Shown here: in pieces, positions 37,293 to 49,232 of the stretch
How the letters are laid out: each line of letters starts with the position of its first letter
Numbering within the stretch: position 1 is the stretch's first letter
NCBI GenBank assembly: GCA_050251945.1
Contig: JBFWLW010000006.1
Span: 96,039 to 160,038, forward strand
Direction of reading: 5' to 3'
From: Deferribacterales bacterium
Lineage (GTDB): Bacteria; Chrysiogenota; Deferribacteres; Deferribacterales; Geovibrionaceae
DNA length: 64,000 bases
The notes under the pieces: generated by a model
What the model was told of the DNA's origin: nothing
Databases searched by the model: none
What the model saw: only the letters and a program-made list of their open reading frames with translations
Made by a program: the position numbers and the translations under genes

Positions 37293-39893
37293 ATGCTCAA
37301 ATCTGTTATGAAGAAAATATTCGGCTCATATGCCGAACGCTATATCAAGACCATGCAACCCATGGTTTCTGCCGTTGCAGCTCTTGAACCGAAGATGCAG
37401 GAACTCACTTTCGACCAGATAGCGGAAGCCGCTGACCTGCTTAAAGAGAAACTTAAAAACGGCGCAACAGAAGACGACATTATGAATCAGGTGTTCGCCC
37501 TCGTCCGCGAGGCAGGACGCAGAACTCTGAACATGCGTCATTTCGATGTTCAGCTTATGGGCGGATACGCTCTGCATAAAGGCAAAATAGCAGAGATGAA
37601 GACAGGTGAAGGTAAAACACTCGTCGCCACCCTCGCAATGTCTCTTAACGCTATGGGCGGCAAAGGCTCGCACCTCGTAACCGTCAACGACTACCTCGCA
37701 AGACGCGACGCACAGTGGATGAGCCCCATCTATCTGGCAATGGGTCTTTCCGTCGGTATCATAAACCACGAACGCTCGTTCCTCGTTGAATGGGACGACA
37801 AAGAAGCCTTTACAACAAAACTTGCAGAAGTAACACGACCTGAGGCGTATGCCGCGGACATTACATACGGAACCAACAACGAATTTGGTTTCGACTACCT
37901 TCGCGACAACATGAAACCGCCCCACGAACCCACTGCACAGAGAGAACTTAACTTCGCAATAGTGGATGAGGTCGACTCCATCCTTATTGACGAGGCGAGA
38001 ACACCCCTTATTATTTCTGGACCAACTGAAAGAAGCACAGAAAAATATTATAACGTCGACGTTGTCGTCCGCCAGCTCCGTGCGGAAACACACTACAAAG
38101 TTGATGAAAAAAACAGAACCGCACAGATGAACGACGAGGGTATCAACTTTGTCGAAAAAGAACTGGGCATAGAAAACCTTTACGATATCAAACACGTCGA
38201 TATTCTGCACAATGTCAACAACGCACTTAAAGCACACGCTATCTTCAAACGCGACGTTGATTACGTCGTTAAAGACGGTCAGGTTATAATCGTCGATGAG
38301 TTCACCGGACGGCTCCAGCCCGGCAGACGCTATTCCGACGGAATACACCAGGCTCTGGAAGCGAAAGAAGGCGTACAGATAGAAAGCGAGAACCAGACGC
38401 TCGCCTCCATCACATATCAGAACTTTTTCAGAATGTACAAAAAACTTTCCGGTATGACAGGTACGGCTCTTACAGAAGCAAACGAGTTCCTTTCCATCTA
38501 TAACCTCGGCGTTGCCGTTATCCCGACGAACATGAAAATGGTTCGTAAAGACTTCACAGACGTTATCTTCCGCACCGCAAAAGAAAAACACATAGCCATC
38601 GTTGACGAAATAGAAGAGATGAACAAGACAGGCAGACCCGTTCTTGTCGGCACAAGCTCAATTGAGAAGTCAGAACTTATCAGCGATCTGCTTAACCGCA
38701 GAAAGATAAAACATGAAGTTCTGAACGCAAAAAACCACGAACGTGAAGCAGAAATTGTTAAAGACGCAGGACTTCAGGGTGCGGTGACCATAGCCACCAA
38801 CATGGCCGGTCGCGGTACCGATATTAAGCTCGGCGAGGGCGTAAAGGAACTTGGCGGTCTTCACATCATAGGTACGGACAGACACGAATCAAGACGCATT
38901 GACAACCAGCTCCGCGGTCGTGCGGGACGTCAGGGCGACCCCGGTTCATCACGCTTCTTCGTATCACTTGAAGACGATCTCATGCGTATCTTCGGTTCTG
39001 AAAAGATATCTTCTATCATGCAGAAACTCGGTATGAAAGAGGGTGAATCAATAGAACACCCCATCATCACCCGCTCAATCGAAGGCGCGCAGAAGAAAGT
39101 CGAAGCGTTCCACTTTGAAATAAGAAAACACCTGCTGGACTATGACAACGTTATGAACCAGCAGAGAAACGTCGTTTACAGTCTGCGCCGCGATATCATC
39201 TCAGGCGGGGCATCGGAAGAGATAATTACCGAAACCATCGACAATGTTTTAGACACCATGCTTGAAACTCATATCAATGCCGCTGAAAAACCCGACTATG
39301 AAGAATTTCAGAAAGAGATATTTGAAGTTTTCGACATAGAGTTCACTTTTGCAGAGGACAGAAGACAGCTTCACAGTGAAATGACGCGTCTGAAAGAACT
39401 GGTCAACGCCAGACTTGAGCAGAAAAAACAGGATTTCGGCGGATTCTTCACCGACGTGGCAAGATTCCTTTATACTTCCATACTTGACTCCAAATGGAAA
39501 GAGAACCTGCTCCAGATGGATCATCTGCGTGACTCCGTAGGTCTTCGCGGCTATGGACAGAAAGACCCGCTGAACGAATATAAACGTGAAGCATACAATC
39601 TTTTTGTCACCATGATGAACAGGATAAACAGCGAAGTAATCCGCGTTCTGTTCCATGTTGAAATGAACAAAAAATCAGACATTGAAGAGGCGGAACAGAA
39701 TCAGGAACGCGTCCAGACCAAAGAGGAACAGCGCGACATTTTTGCCGAAAAGCCTCAGCAAAGCGAAGAGAAACGTACGCCCATCAAAAGGGAATATCCT
39801 AAGGTCGGAAGAAACGATCCCTGCCCTTGCGGCAGCGGAAAGAAATATAAAAAATGCCACGGCGCAAACGAGCCGGACGCTAACGAAGATTAA
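37293..39893 (+). CDS. secA: Preprotein translocase ATPase SecA
   Basis: [58 protein letters not shown] motif [14 protein letters not shown]. Confidence 0.99.
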   Translation: MLKSVMKKIFGSYAERYIKTMQPMVSAVAALEPKMQELTFDQIAEAADLLKEKLKNGATEDDIMNQVFALVREAGRRTLNMRHFDVQLMGGYALHKGKIAEMKTGEGKTLVATLAMSLNAMGGKGSHLVTVNDYLARRDAQWMSPIYLAMGLSVGIINHERSFLVEWDDKEAFTTKLAEVTRPEAYAADITYGTNNEFGFDYLRDNMKPPHEPTAQRELNFAIVDEVDSILIDEARTPLIISGPTERSTEKYYNVDVVVRQLRAETHYKVDEKNRTAQMNDEGINFVEKELGIENLYDIKHVDILHNVNNALKAHAIFKRDVDYVVKDGQVIIVDEFTGRLQPGRRYSDGIHQALEAKEGVQIESENQTLASITYQNFFRMYKKLSGMTGTALTEANEFLSIYNLGVAVIPTNMKMVRKDFTDVIFRTAKEKHIAIVDEIEEMNKTGRPVLVGTSSIEKSELISDLLNRRKIKHEVLNAKNHEREAEIVKDAGLQGAVTIATNMAGRGTDIKLGEGVKELGGLHIIGTDRHESRRIDNQLRGRAGRQGDPGSSRFFVSLEDDLMRIFGSEKISSIMQKLGMKEGESIEHPIITRSIEGAQKKVEAFHFEIRKHLLDYDNVMNQQRNVVYSLRRDIISGGASEEIITETIDNVLDTMLETHINAAEKPDYEEFQKEIFEVFDIEFTFAEDRRQLHSEMTRLKELVNARLEQKKQDFGGFFTDVARFLYTSILDSKWKENLLQMDHLRDSVGLRGYGQKDPLNEYKREAYNLFVTMMNRINSEVIRVLFHVEMNKKSDIEEAEQNQERVQTKEEQRDIFAEKPQQSEEKRTPIKREYPKVGRNDPCPCGSGKKYKKCHGANEPDANED

Positions 39894-41035
39894 TCAAAAC
39901 CAAAATCAGCGGAAGTCTTTGAAAAAAGACTTCCGTTTTCTTTTAAATACTGTTTCAGAAAAGCCACCCTGTCATGCTTCATTTTTTCCAGATAACCGTC
40001 TATCATCTGCGGATTGAGTTCAATTCCGAAGCCGTCATTAACAACGCCGCTTTTTAATCTTTGCAGAACCATATCGCCTACAAACCGTTTAAAGTGACTG
40101 GTGTCGTAATAATATTCCATCTCATTGGATATTTTTTCCGTGGTTATACTGTTATAAACAGCAAAGTCTGTAATCGTAAACGGCTTTGCCCTGTGCTCTT
40201 CTGCCGATTTGTATACTGCACCGACAACATCCTTTTTCCATTTAAGCCAGCTACCATATCCGGCATTATAGGCTATCGCTTCCCATTGCATAACATGCGA
40301 AGGGTTGAACACCAGTGTTACTTCCACATTGTTTTTGTAGCAAACGTCAAGTATTTTCATGAAATCTTCGAATGAATTTCTCTTCGTGTCACCATATCTG
40401 TAATCAATAGGTCTTTCGAGATACATTATCGGTAATTTCTCCAGGAAAATGTCAATGTTGTGGTAATGCAAGTATTTATTGAAATTTGTCGGAGTGGTTT
40501 CACCGCTTCCTGTGTAAAGAATAAGTTTATCTCTCTGCGATTTACTGATCTTTTTGATTCCATCCTTCATAATCTCAGATCTAACCAGAAAAGTGTATAT
40601 AGTGGTTGGCAATAAGTCGTAATAGTAAAAGTTCTTCTCATATATCTGAAACTTAGCATTGAAAGATCCATAGTCTAATGAAAACAAAACTTTTTTTAGA
40701 TTTCTCTGTTTCAAAGCAGAGTTGGTATATTGCAGCATTTCATATACTGTTCCCGCTGATACAGCAGAATTATATGTATTATTATCAAAATAGCAGTTTT
40801 CAGGGTCATATCCTTCAGCAGCTCTGGATGTTCCCAATATCAAACATGAAGGTTTGATAGATTCAATCTGTTTAAACTTGATATACCTGATATTAAGTTC
40901 TGAAAACTTATCCCAGTCTCTGCTGCCAATTTTATAAAAACTATAAGGATCTGTGAACTTTACATAAAACAGGACAATACATATCATCAAAAGGACACTT
41001 ATAAAAAAAAGTACAACCCAAAATAAGCTTTTCAT
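39890..41035 (-). CDS. Membrane-anchored periplasmic SGNH-like protein, partner of the MBOAT gene
   Basis: N-terminal TM segment, ILGTSRA (block I-like Ser) and YYDTSHF (DxxH). Confidence 0.65.
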   Translation of the reverse strand: MKSLFWVVLFFISVLLMICIVLFYVKFTDPYSFYKIGSRDWDKFSELNIRYIKFKQIESIKPSCLILGTSRAAEGYDPENCYFDNNTYNSAVSAGTVYEMLQYTNSALKQRNLKKVLFSLDYGSFNAKFQIYEKNFYYYDLLPTTIYTFLVRSEIMKDGIKKISKSQRDKLILYTGSGETTPTNFNKYLHYHNIDIFLEKLPIMYLERPIDYRYGDTKRNSFEDFMKILDVCYKNNVEVTLVFNPSHVMQWEAIAYNAGYGSWLKWKKDVVGAVYKSAEEHRAKPFTITDFAVYNSITTEKISNEMEYYYDTSHFKRFVGDMVLQRLKSGVVNDGFGIELNPQMIDGYLEKMKHDRVAFLKQYLKENGSLFSKTSADFGFD

Positions 41036-41043
41036 AAGCAGCC

Positions 41044-42459
41044 CTAAAACACAAAATATATAAATTGGGATGACTTGAAATTAAAGAATATCCCTATTGT
41101 AAAACATACCGCGGCAAATACCGCAGTATTGTAGTTTATCTTAAATTCGTTCAACTTTTGAATTGAATTTACAGGATAAAGAATAATCGCCATTCCAAAT
41201 ATGAGGATTATCATTTTATGCCAATTAGAGCGGATAAATATAAAAGGCTCATGAAGAGAAATATTGCTCAATGAAAACATTGAGCTGAACATTGTGCCGG
41301 CACTGCTCATATCCTGTGCAGTAAATATTGTTATCGAAAGACTGACGAAGATAAAAGTCATAAGCCATGCGGCAAAATCCGGCAGTTCATATGATATTTT
41401 CTTCTTCCATAAATGATTAAATGCCACGGCAATTCCGTGAATAACACCAAAAACAATAAAAGTCCAGCTGGCGCCATGCCATAAACCGATTACGACCATT
41501 GAAACAAATATGGCTGCCATAGCTTTGGCAAGACTGTAGCTGCCAAATGCCCGCAGGATCGGGATAAAAACATATTTATTTACGAATTGAGAAAGTGTTA
41601 TGTGCCATCGCCTCCAAAAATCCGCCACAGAACGTGCCCTGTAAGGCGAATTAAAATTTACAGGAATTCTGATGTTAAACAGTAAACCAAGCCCTATAGC
41701 CATATCGGCATAACCGCTGAAATCAAAATATATTCTTATAGTTGCGGCAAGGCTGTAGCACCAAGCGGCTGTAAAACTTAAAGAATCTGCACCTGTAAAT
41801 CCCATGGTTACAAATCCGGAAAGATTGTCCGCGATAAAAGCTTTCTTGAATATGCCGATTGAAAAAATAAAAAGCCCTTTGGCAATGTTGTCAAAATTTA
41901 TTTTATTGACGCTTCCTGCTTCAAACTGACTAATTATGTCCTTATGGTGAGTTATTGGACCCGCAATAAGTTGAGGAAAAAAAGTTACAAACAAAGCATA
42001 GTTGACCAAACTGTACTCTTTCGTCTCTCCCCTATATGAATCCACAAGATAAGCGATTTGTTGAAAAGTAAAGAAAGAGATACCAAGAGGCAAAGCAATA
42101 CTGAGCAGAGTCAGCGAACTGCCTGAAAAAAGATTCAGATTGGTTATGAAAAAGTTATAATACTTATAGTAGAACAGCAGTATTACGTTTGCCAGAACAG
42201 ATAAAGTGAGAATGCTTTTCGGCGTGACTCCGAAAATGCGTCTCTTTTCACTTAAAAACCTTCCTGCAGAATAGTTAAAGATGATGGATAACAGGATCAG
42301 AGGCAAAAAAACTATATTCCAGTAGCTGTAAAAAAAGAGAGAGGCTGCAAGTAAAAAAGATCTTGAAACACTTTCAGAAGTTTTAGCAGACAACAGAAAA
42401 TACGCACAGAAAGTCACTGGAAGAAAAACAAATATAAAGACATCACTGTGGAATAGCAT
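41044..42459 (-). CDS. MBOAT-family O-acyltransferase (AlgI/PatA/DltB-like)
   Basis: LPLGISFFTFQ, FFPQLIAGPI, YFDFSGYADMAIG, FWRRWHITLS, GLWHGASWTF. Confidence 0.93.
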   Translation of the reverse strand: MLFHSDVFIFVFLPVTFCAYFLLSAKTSESVSRSFLLAASLFFYSYWNIVFLPLILLSIIFNYSAGRFLSEKRRIFGVTPKSILTLSVLANVILLFYYKYYNFFITNLNLFSGSSLTLLSIALPLGISFFTFQQIAYLVDSYRGETKEYSLVNYALFVTFFPQLIAGPITHHKDIISQFEAGSVNKINFDNIAKGLFIFSIGIFKKAFIADNLSGFVTMGFTGADSLSFTAAWCYSLAATIRIYFDFSGYADMAIGLGLLFNIRIPVNFNSPYRARSVADFWRRWHITLSQFVNKYVFIPILRAFGSYSLAKAMAAIFVSMVVIGLWHGASWTFIVFGVIHGIAVAFNHLWKKKISYELPDFAAWLMTFIFVSLSITIFTAQDMSSAGTMFSSMFSLSNISLHEPFIFIRSNWHKMIILIFGMAIILYPVNSIQKLNEFKINYNTAVFAAVCFTIGIFFNFKSSQFIYFVF

Positions 42460-42540
42460 TGAGAACCCTTTAAATGGATTGTTTAGTGGAATTATGAATA
42501 CAATGAGATGTTAACATGGTTTGAATTTGATTACAAAGCA

Positions 42541-42579
42541 AAATGACCGATAGAGGCCTCGCTCTACCGGTCACTTTTT
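42541..42579. terminator. Rho-independent terminator after rpsU, possibly bidirectional
   Basis: TGACCG-ATAGAG-loop-CTCTAC-CGGTCA flanked by A and T runs. Confidence 0.65.
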
Positions 42580-42617
42580 CATTAAGACAGCCGCTTTATC
42601 CAAGCAACCATACATTC

Positions 42618-42836
42618 TTAATAGTATTTGTACTTATCGTTGAGTTTACGCTGAAGTTTCTGCTGTTTGCGTTTTGCTTTAAGCAGTTTTTTTCTGCGAA
42701 CCTCTGTGGGTTTCTCATAGTAGGTATGAGTTTTAATCTCCCTAATGAGACCCTCGCGCTCTATCTTCTTTTTCAGAAGTTTAAGAGCGTAGTCGACGTT
42801 ATCGCCGTCAACCTTTACAATAGCGTTTATTGCCAC
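42618..42836 (-). CDS. rpsU: 30S ribosomal protein S21
   Basis: ALKLLKKKIEREG...YYEKPTEVRRKK. GTG 42836 preferred. Confidence 0.95.
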   Translation of the reverse strand: MAINAIVKVDGDNVDYALKLLKKKIEREGLIREIKTHTYYEKPTEVRRKKLLKAKRKQQKLQRKLNDKYKYY

Positions 42837-42860
42837 TGTAATCACATCCTTTCTTGGTAT

Positions 42861-45170
42861 TTAAATTAGTACTATATCCAACACCTGATCAATATGCTCG
42901 ACCAGATGGATACGAAGCACAGTTCTAACATCACTGGGGATGTCTGTCAAGTCCTTATCGTTTGCCTTGGGCAAAATGACCTCTTTTATACCTGCTCTGT
43001 GTGCGGCAAGAACTTTTTCTTTAACACCGCCTATCGCCAATACACGTCCTCTTAATGTTATCTCCCCTGTCATGGCGATATCGCAGCGCACCTGCCGTTC
43101 CGACAGAGCGGAGAGAATTGCAGTTGTCATTGTAATGCCCGCGCTGGGTCCGTCCTTCGGCACTGCACCTTCCGGCACGTGGATATGAAGGTCAAACTCG
43201 GAAAATCGTTTAGCGGGTATCTGAAGCCTTGTGGCGCAGCTTTTTGCCACAGTATACGCCGTCTGAGCGGATTCTTTCATAACATCGCCCAGCTTACCCG
43301 TAAGCTGAAGTTTTCCGGTGCCTCTGTATATGGCAACCTCTATCTGCAAAATATCCCCGCCATATGGCGTCCACGCCAGACCGGTTGCAACGCCTGTTTC
43401 AACCGGAGCAGGTATCGCTTCCGAGCGAAACCTCATCTTACCGAGGAACTTGTCCAGATTCTTTTCATTAACTTTGACGGTCTTAAGTTCCGGATTTTCA
43501 ACTATCTTCTTAGCGGCTTTACGGATTATGGACGCAATTTCCCGTTCAAGATTCCTTACGCCCGCCTCTTTGGTATACCCTCTGATAACTCCGTATATGG
43601 CGCTGTCAGCTATCTTCACCCTTTCGTTGTTAAGGTTATGCTCCCTGAGCTGTTTCGGCAGAAGGAACTTGGTGGCTATGCCGAATTTTTCCTTTTCGGT
43701 ATAACCTGTAACCGGTATCACCTCCATCCTGTCCAGAAGGGGTCTGGGGATACCATCAAGACTGTTCGCCGTTGTGATGAACAAAACCTTTGAGAGGTCA
43801 AATTCCACCTCAAGGTAGTGGTCGACGAACGTCGAGTTCTGTTCGGGGTCAAGCACCTCAAGCAGAGCGGACGAAGGGTCGCCCCTGAAATCCGCACCCA
43901 GTTTGTCTATCTCGTCCAGCAAGAACACGGGGTTCATGCTTTTTGCTTTTTTGATGCTCTGTATTATCTTGCCAGGCAGTGAGCCAATGTAAGTCTTCCT
44001 GTGTCCGCGTATCTCCGCCTCATCCCGCACACCGCCAAGAGACATGCGCACAAACTCTCTGCCCATTGCCTCGGCTATTGAACGTGCCAGTGAAGTCTTG
44101 CCAACACCGGGAGGTCCCGTGAAACAGAGTATGGCACCCTTGATATCAGGCGCTATCTTTTTAACTGCGAGGTATTCGAGGATACGTTCTTTGGGTTTCT
44201 CAAGCCCGAAGTGATCGCGGTTCAGTATCTCTTCCGCGTTCTTAAGCTCAAGTTTGTCCTCTGTATAGGTTCCCCACGGCATAGAGAGTATCCAGTCCAG
44301 ATAGTTGCGGACAACGGTCGCCTCCGCGCTCATGGGTGACATAAGCTTCAGTTTCCTGAATTCTTTTTTGGTTTTATCCTTAACGATATCGTTAAGCTTT
44401 GCGGAGCTTATCTTCTCTTCAAGCTCGTCAATGTCCGCCTTGAAATCGTCGTCTTTTCCCAGCTCTTCGTTTATCGCCTTTACCTGTTCGCCGAGATAAT
44501 ATTCCTTCTGAGCTTTCGACATCTGGTTCTTCACTTTCTGACGGATGCGGTTATCCATCTTAACAAGCTCAGTGTAGGTCTGCACAAGCTCAATGACCTT
44601 TTCAACACGCTCCTGCGGGCTGTCTGTCTCAAGGATTGTCTGCTGTTCCGTATTCTTCACAGGCATGTAGGAAGCCACGGAGTATGCCAGTCTGTTGATG
44701 TCGTCTATCTCGTTGACTGTGCTGAGGATATTTTCGTTTATCTTCTTTGAAAGTTCTGAATATGTTCTGAAATTCTCCGCCAGCATCTTGAAAAGCACCG
44801 GCTCTTCGGAATGTTCAATTTCCCCGTCCGGAAGCATGCTGGCGTTAACGAAAAGGCAGTCGCCTTCGTCAGCCACAGACAGTATGCGTCCGCGCTGCAT
44901 CCCTTCCATAAGGAGTTTCACTGTTCCGTCAGGCAGTTTCAATACCTGAAGCACCTTTGCAGACACTCCGGTAGTATACATATCTTCAAAAGCCGGTTCA
45001 TTTATCTCTTCGTCCTTTTGCAGAACGAAAAAGACGTATCCTCCGGTTTTTTCCGCAAGTTCAACGGCATTAACGGATTTATCGCGTCCAACAAACACCG
45101 GAGTTATCATATAGGGGAAAACCACCATATCCCTGAGAGGGATAAGCGGGTATTGCTCTATTCGCTCCAT
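42861..45170 (-). CDS. lon: ATP-dependent protease La
   Basis: PLRDMVVFP, GPPGVGKTS, DEIDK, HIHVPEGAVPKDGPSAG, IGGVKEK. Confidence 0.98.
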   Translation of the reverse strand: MERIEQYPLIPLRDMVVFPYMITPVFVGRDKSVNAVELAEKTGGYVFFVLQKDEEINEPAFEDMYTTGVSAKVLQVLKLPDGTVKLLMEGMQRGRILSVADEGDCLFVNASMLPDGEIEHSEEPVLFKMLAENFRTYSELSKKINENILSTVNEIDDINRLAYSVASYMPVKNTEQQTILETDSPQERVEKVIELVQTYTELVKMDNRIRQKVKNQMSKAQKEYYLGEQVKAINEELGKDDDFKADIDELEEKISSAKLNDIVKDKTKKEFRKLKLMSPMSAEATVVRNYLDWILSMPWGTYTEDKLELKNAEEILNRDHFGLEKPKERILEYLAVKKIAPDIKGAILCFTGPPGVGKTSLARSIAEAMGREFVRMSLGGVRDEAEIRGHRKTYIGSLPGKIIQSIKKAKSMNPVFLLDEIDKLGADFRGDPSSALLEVLDPEQNSTFVDHYLEVEFDLSKVLFITTANSLDGIPRPLLDRMEVIPVTGYTEKEKFGIATKFLLPKQLREHNLNNERVKIADSAIYGVIRGYTKEAGVRNLEREIASIIRKAAKKIVENPELKTVKVNEKNLDKFLGKMRFRSEAIPAPVETGVATGLAWTPYGGDILQIEVAIYRGTGKLQLTGKLGDVMKESAQTAYTVAKSCATRLQIPAKRFSEFDLHIHVPEGAVPKDGPSAGITMTTAILSALSERQVRCDIAMTGEITLRGRVLAIGGVKEKVLAAHRAGIKEVILPKANDKDLTDIPSDVRTVLRIHLVEHIDQVLDIVLI

Positions 45171-45300
45171 TTATCACCTGCAATTTTAAATAAGACTGCC
45201 GCGCCAGCCTTCAGGTTTCCCTCAGAGACTTTTTTCTATTTGTCTTTGCGGGAAACAACGTGACGAAGCTATCTCATATTCTGAATTTTCTGCACAAATA

Positions 45301-45332
45301 AAGCAAAGCTCCCCGAAGGGAGCGTTGCTTTT
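45301..45332. terminator. Hairpin/terminator between clpX and lon
   Basis: AAGCAA-AGCTCCC-CGAA-GGGAGC-GTTGCTT-TT. Confidence 0.65.
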
Positions 45333-45388
45333 ATGTATAATAAGTTGTTTTTTACAAAAAGGGCAAGGGTTACTTGCTGGAAATGCTT

Positions 45389-46630
45389 TTACGCAGTCTC
45401 TTTTTTATTTTCGTACATCAGGATGGGTTTTCCGTTCTCGTTTATCACATCCTCGTTGATGATACATTCAACGATATCGTTATCGGAAGGTACGTCATAC
45501 ATGATCTCCATCATAGCTTCCTCAAGGATGGAACGCAGACCTCTCGCACCTGTCTTTCTGGTCAGTGCCTTTTTAGCAACTGCTTTCAGAGCGGAGTTTG
45601 TAAAGGTCAGCTTGACATTGTCGAAAGAGAACATCTGAATGTACTGTTTGATCAGCGCATTCTTAGGTTCCTGAAGTATACGGACCAGAGCCTCTTCATC
45701 CAGATCCTCAAGGGCTGCAGCTATGGGAAGTCTGCCCACGAATTCGGGTATGAGACCGAATTTGACAAGGTCGTCGGGACGAAGCCGTCTTAAAAGCTCA
45801 AATCTCGTATAGTCTTTTGTTCCTACGGATTTAGTTGTAAACCCGAGGGATTTTTCGCCTATACGTTTTTTGATAAGGTTGTCGAGGAACTCAAACGCGC
45901 CGCCGACAATGAACAGGATGTTTGAAGTATCAACCTGAATATAGTCCTGCTGCGGGTGTTTGCGTCCGCCCTGCGGCGGAACGTTAGCGATTGTTCCCTC
46001 TATTATCTTAAGAAGCGCCTGCTGAACACCTTCGCCGCTTACATCTCTTGTGATGCTGGGGCTGTCGGTCTTCTTGGCTATCTTATCTATTTCGTCGATA
46101 AATATGATACCGTTCTGTGCTCTGTTAACGTCATAATCTGCATTTTGCAGAAGTTTAAGAACAACGTTCTCAACGTCCTCGCCAACATAGCCGGCTTCTG
46201 TCAAAGTCGTTGCGTCTGCTATTGCGAAGGGAACGTTAAGCACTCTTGCAAGAGTTCTTGCCAGAAGGGTTTTTCCTGTTCCTGTGGGTCCGAGAAGAAG
46301 GATGTTGCTTTTTTCAAGCTCAACTTCGCTCTTTTTGCCGTGGAGAACTCTTTTATAGTGGTTGTGAACGGCAACGCTCAGCACTTTTTTGGCTTCCTGC
46401 TGACCGATAACATACTCGTCCAGCTTCTCTTTTATCTCCGCCGGAGTGAGAAGTTTAAGAGCTGTGTCCTCTTTGATGCCGTCTTCGAGGTCTTCTTTAA
46501 GGATCTCGTTACAAAGCTCTATGCATTCGTTGCAGATAAATACGTTGGGACCTGCAATCAGTTTTTTTACTTCGTCCTGAGTTTTTCCGCAGAATGAACA
46601 GGAGAGTGTTTCTTTTTTTGATTTCGCCAT
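45389..46630 (-). CDS. clpX: ATP-dependent Clp protease ATPase subunit
   Basis: Zinc finger CSFCGK...[37 protein letters not shown]. Confidence 0.98.
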   Translation of the reverse strand: MAKSKKETLSCSFCGKTQDEVKKLIAGPNVFICNECIELCNEILKEDLEDGIKEDTALKLLTPAEIKEKLDEYVIGQQEAKKVLSVAVHNHYKRVLHGKKSEVELEKSNILLLGPTGTGKTLLARTLARVLNVPFAIADATTLTEAGYVGEDVENVVLKLLQNADYDVNRAQNGIIFIDEIDKIAKKTDSPSITRDVSGEGVQQALLKIIEGTIANVPPQGGRKHPQQDYIQVDTSNILFIVGGAFEFLDNLIKKRIGEKSLGFTTKSVGTKDYTRFELLRRLRPDDLVKFGLIPEFVGRLPIAAALEDLDEEALVRILQEPKNALIKQYIQMFSFDNVKLTFTNSALKAVAKKALTRKTGARGLRSILEEAMMEIMYDVPSDNDIVECIINEDVINENGKPILMYENKKETA

Positions 46631-46871
46631 GAACACACCTCTTTATGGGTATACCGAAAACAGACGTCCTGCCGTTTTTGGTCATCGCTTGGCACAGGCA
46701 AAGCCCGTACACGCTTACTTTCAGCCTATTTGATACGCAAACCGTATAAAATGCACTAAAAGAGGCACATACTGTGCCTTGCGGTCAGCCGTAACAGCTT
46801 TGGTCATTTTCGGGCGCAGTAGTGCGCGCCGGATTGGTTATCTACACATGATATGCATATGTGTAAATATT

Positions 46872-47459
46872 TCAACCCCTCTTGGTGAATACATCGTCTA
46901 TAAGACCGTACTCTTTAGCATCAAGAGCCGACATGAAGTTATCTCTGTCGGAATCTTTCGCAACCTGCTCAGAGGTTTTGCCTGCCGCAGAGCCGAGAAT
47001 TCCGTTAAGAATTTCTTTTATACGAAGGATCTCTCTTGCATGTATTTCAATGTCTGTCGCCTGACCCTGTGCGCCGCCGAGAACCTGATGTATCATAATG
47101 CGCGCGTTAGGCAGAGCGAATCTCTTCCCTTTCGCACCCGCAGCAAGAAGAACAGCGCCCATGCTTGCCGCCTGCCCGATGCAGATAGTGGATACGTCGG
47201 GTTTTATGTAGTTCATAGTGTCAAGGATGGCAAGACCGTCCGTAACCACCCCGCCGGGGCTGTTGATATAAAGGAAGATATCCTTATCGGGATCTTCCGC
47301 TTCCAGAAACAGCATCTGCGCGATGATGGAGTTTGCAACCCCGCTTTCAACCTGAGAACCTAAAAATATGATTCTGTCTTTCAGCAAACGGGAGTAAATG
47401 TCGTAAGACCTTTCTCCTCTTCCTGTCTGCTCAATGACATAGGGGACATAATAGCTCAT
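46872..47459 (-). CDS. clpP: Clp protease proteolytic subunit
   Basis: [39 protein letters not shown]. Confidence 0.98.
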   Translation of the reverse strand: MSYYVPYVIEQTGRGERSYDIYSRLLKDRIIFLGSQVESGVANSIIAQMLFLEAEDPDKDIFLYINSPGGVVTDGLAILDTMNYIKPDVSTICIGQAASMGAVLLAAGAKGKRFALPNARIMIHQVLGGAQGQATDIEIHAREILRIKEILNGILGSAAGKTSEQVAKDSDRDNFMSALDAKEYGLIDDVFTKRG

Positions 47460-47460
47460 A

Positions 47461-48810
47461 TTACGCTTCCTTGGCAGTCTTTGACGCCTCAGCTATTTTA
47501 GCGTCTCTCTCCGCCTTGCTGATAACTTTTTCGGCTATTTTGTTATTAGCGGTAAGATAGTCATAGACCATGTTGGTGAAAACCGTGTTTCTGAAAGAAG
47601 CTATGCCGCCGTACTGCTCAAGTTCTTTTTTGAAATCATCAACAGATCTTTCAAATTTTTCCGCGTATTCCGCGATTGCCTTATCAACATCCTCGTCTGT
47701 GGGGTTGATATTGTTCTTTTCGGAAATCTTGTTGATAACAAGAGCGCTTTTTATCTGTTTCTCAGCAGCGTCCATGTGCTGTTCGGCAAGTTTTTTCTTG
47801 TTCATACCGAATTGTTCGGGATTCATACCGTACATGCTGTATTGGCGAAGCGTCTGCTCAGCAAGTTTTTCCGCTTGTTCTACTACCATGACAGCCGGAA
47901 TATCGAAAGGGTTCTCTGAAATTATTTTATCAAGCATTGCATTGTAAAGAGCGTCTTTTGAAAGGTCTGCCGCTTCAGCTTTGAGGTCTTCCTCAATTGC
48001 TGTCAGGAGGGCTTCCGCTGTTTCATATTTTTCGCCTACGCTTTTTGCGAATGCGTCGTCAAGAACGGGAGCTTTTTTCTGTTTTATTTCGTGCAGGGTG
48101 ATTGTGAATACAACAGGCTGTCCTGCGAGAGATTTTTCATGGTATTCAGCGGGGAAAGTTACGGTGATGTCTTTAACATCGCCGACTTTCATACCGGCTA
48201 TCTGTTCTTCAAATCCGGGGATAAAAGTGTTTGAACCGATCTCAAGTGAGTAAGCTTTTGCACATGCAGAGGGGATTACCTCGCCGTTAAGCTTGCCTTC
48301 AAAATCTATTACAGCCATGTTGCCGTTAACGACTTCGCCGCCTTCAACGGTTTCAAACTGAGCCTGACGTTTCAGGAGGTTATCAACAACCGTGTCGACG
48401 TCCTCTTTTTCCACGCTGTTTATCTCTTTGGTAAACTCGAAACCTGTGCAGCTTACAACATCGAATACGGGGAAAACGTCAACATATACTTTGAAAGTGA
48501 TGGGTGAATCGTCATCCTCAAATTTAACGTCTTTAACTTCGGGCTGTCCCATAGCTCTGATGCCGTTTTCTTCGATTGCGTTTTTAACTGCTTCGTTGAT
48601 GACGTGTTCAAGGGCATAAACACGGATAGCGTGTCCTTTCTCTTTCATAACGACGTCTTTGGGCGCTTTTCCTTCGCGGAAACCGGCAACTTTGACAGTT
48701 TTTGCAGCTTTATCGAATTCTTTTTCAAAGGTGTCCTTATAAACCTGTGCAGGAATCTCCACACTAAGTTCTTTTTGTGACTTCTCTTTGTCGGCGACAG
48801 TAACTTTCAT
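47461..48810 (-). CDS. tig: Trigger factor
   Basis: Ribosome-binding signature GFREGKAP and FKBP-like FIPGFEEQ...FP.EYH. ATG 48810 with GGAG RBS; the ORF-track extension runs into tRNA genes. Confidence 0.96.
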   Translation of the reverse strand: MKVTVADKEKSQKELSVEIPAQVYKDTFEKEFDKAAKTVKVAGFREGKAPKDVVMKEKGHAIRVYALEHVINEAVKNAIEENGIRAMGQPEVKDVKFEDDDSPITFKVYVDVFPVFDVVSCTGFEFTKEINSVEKEDVDTVVDNLLKRQAQFETVEGGEVVNGNMAVIDFEGKLNGEVIPSACAKAYSLEIGSNTFIPGFEEQIAGMKVGDVKDITVTFPAEYHEKSLAGQPVVFTITLHEIKQKKAPVLDDAFAKSVGEKYETAEALLTAIEEDLKAEAADLSKDALYNAMLDKIISENPFDIPAVMVVEQAEKLAEQTLRQYSMYGMNPEQFGMNKKKLAEQHMDAAEKQIKSALVINKISEKNNINPTDEDVDKAIAEYAEKFERSVDDFKKELEQYGGIASFRNTVFTNMVYDYLTANNKIAEKVISKAERDAKIAEASKTAKEA

Positions 48811-48863
48811 TGTTTTCTCCTTGGAATCTATCAAAGAATATAACTGACTAATTTGGATTTTTA

Positions 48864-48936
48864 AGCGGGTGACCGGGCTCGAACCGGCAACCTCAACCTT
48901 GGGAAGGTCGTGCTCCACCAGTTGAGCTACACCCGC
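48864..48936 (-). tRNA. tRNA-Gly(CCC)
   Basis: GCGGGTGTAGCTCAACTGGTGGAGCA-CGACC-TTCCCAA-GGTTG-AGGTTGCCGGTTCGAGCCCGGTCACCCGCT; CCA not encoded. Confidence 0.96.
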
Positions 48937-48949
48937 GGAAGGCATGATA

Positions 48950-49030
48950 TGCGAGTGAAGGGACTCGAACCCCCACGCCAAGGACACTAGATCCTAAGTC
49001 TAGCGCGTCTACCAATTCCGCCACACTCGC
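48950..49030 (-). tRNA. tRNA-Leu(TAG)
   Basis: GCGAGTGTGGCGGAATTGGTAGACGCG-CTAGA-CTTAGGA-TCTAG, long variable arm, GGTTCGAGTCCC...CACTCGCA. Confidence 0.96.
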
Positions 49031-49051
49031 CAAACCGGTAACAAAAAAAAG

Positions 49052-49125
49052 GGTGGCTGACGGGGATCGAACCCGCGACAACAGGAATCACAATCCTGTA
49101 CTCTACCAACTGAGCTACAGCCACC
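49052..49125 (-). tRNA. tRNA-His(GTG)
   Basis: (G-1)GTGGCTGTAGCTCAGTTGGTAGAGTA-CAGGA-TTGTGAT-TCCTG...GGTTCGATCCC...AGCCACC. Confidence 0.96.
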
Positions 49126-49136
49126 ATACGGGAAAG

Positions 49137-49210
<74 letters not shown>

Positions 49211-49232
49211 GTATCGGTCTTACGAATCACGA

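Noticed and set aside
37326..38591. Long antisense ORFs (421 aa opposite secA; also 443-1315, 27642-28433, 54848-55837, 58981-59739)
   Set aside because: Shadow ORFs opposite well-supported genes, with no motifs; explained by codon bias.
46690..46800. Possible c-di-GMP-I riboswitch (GGCAAA...ACGCAAA on the plus strand)
   Set aside because: No GNRA-capped P2 stem or receptor in the right places, and it is antisense to clpX; kept only as an unspecified structured region.
48811..48987. N-terminal extension of trigger factor (508-aa ORF) and the 62-aa ORF at 48893-49081
   Set aside because: Both run through tRNA genes; the real tig start is ATG 48810 with a GGAG RBS.
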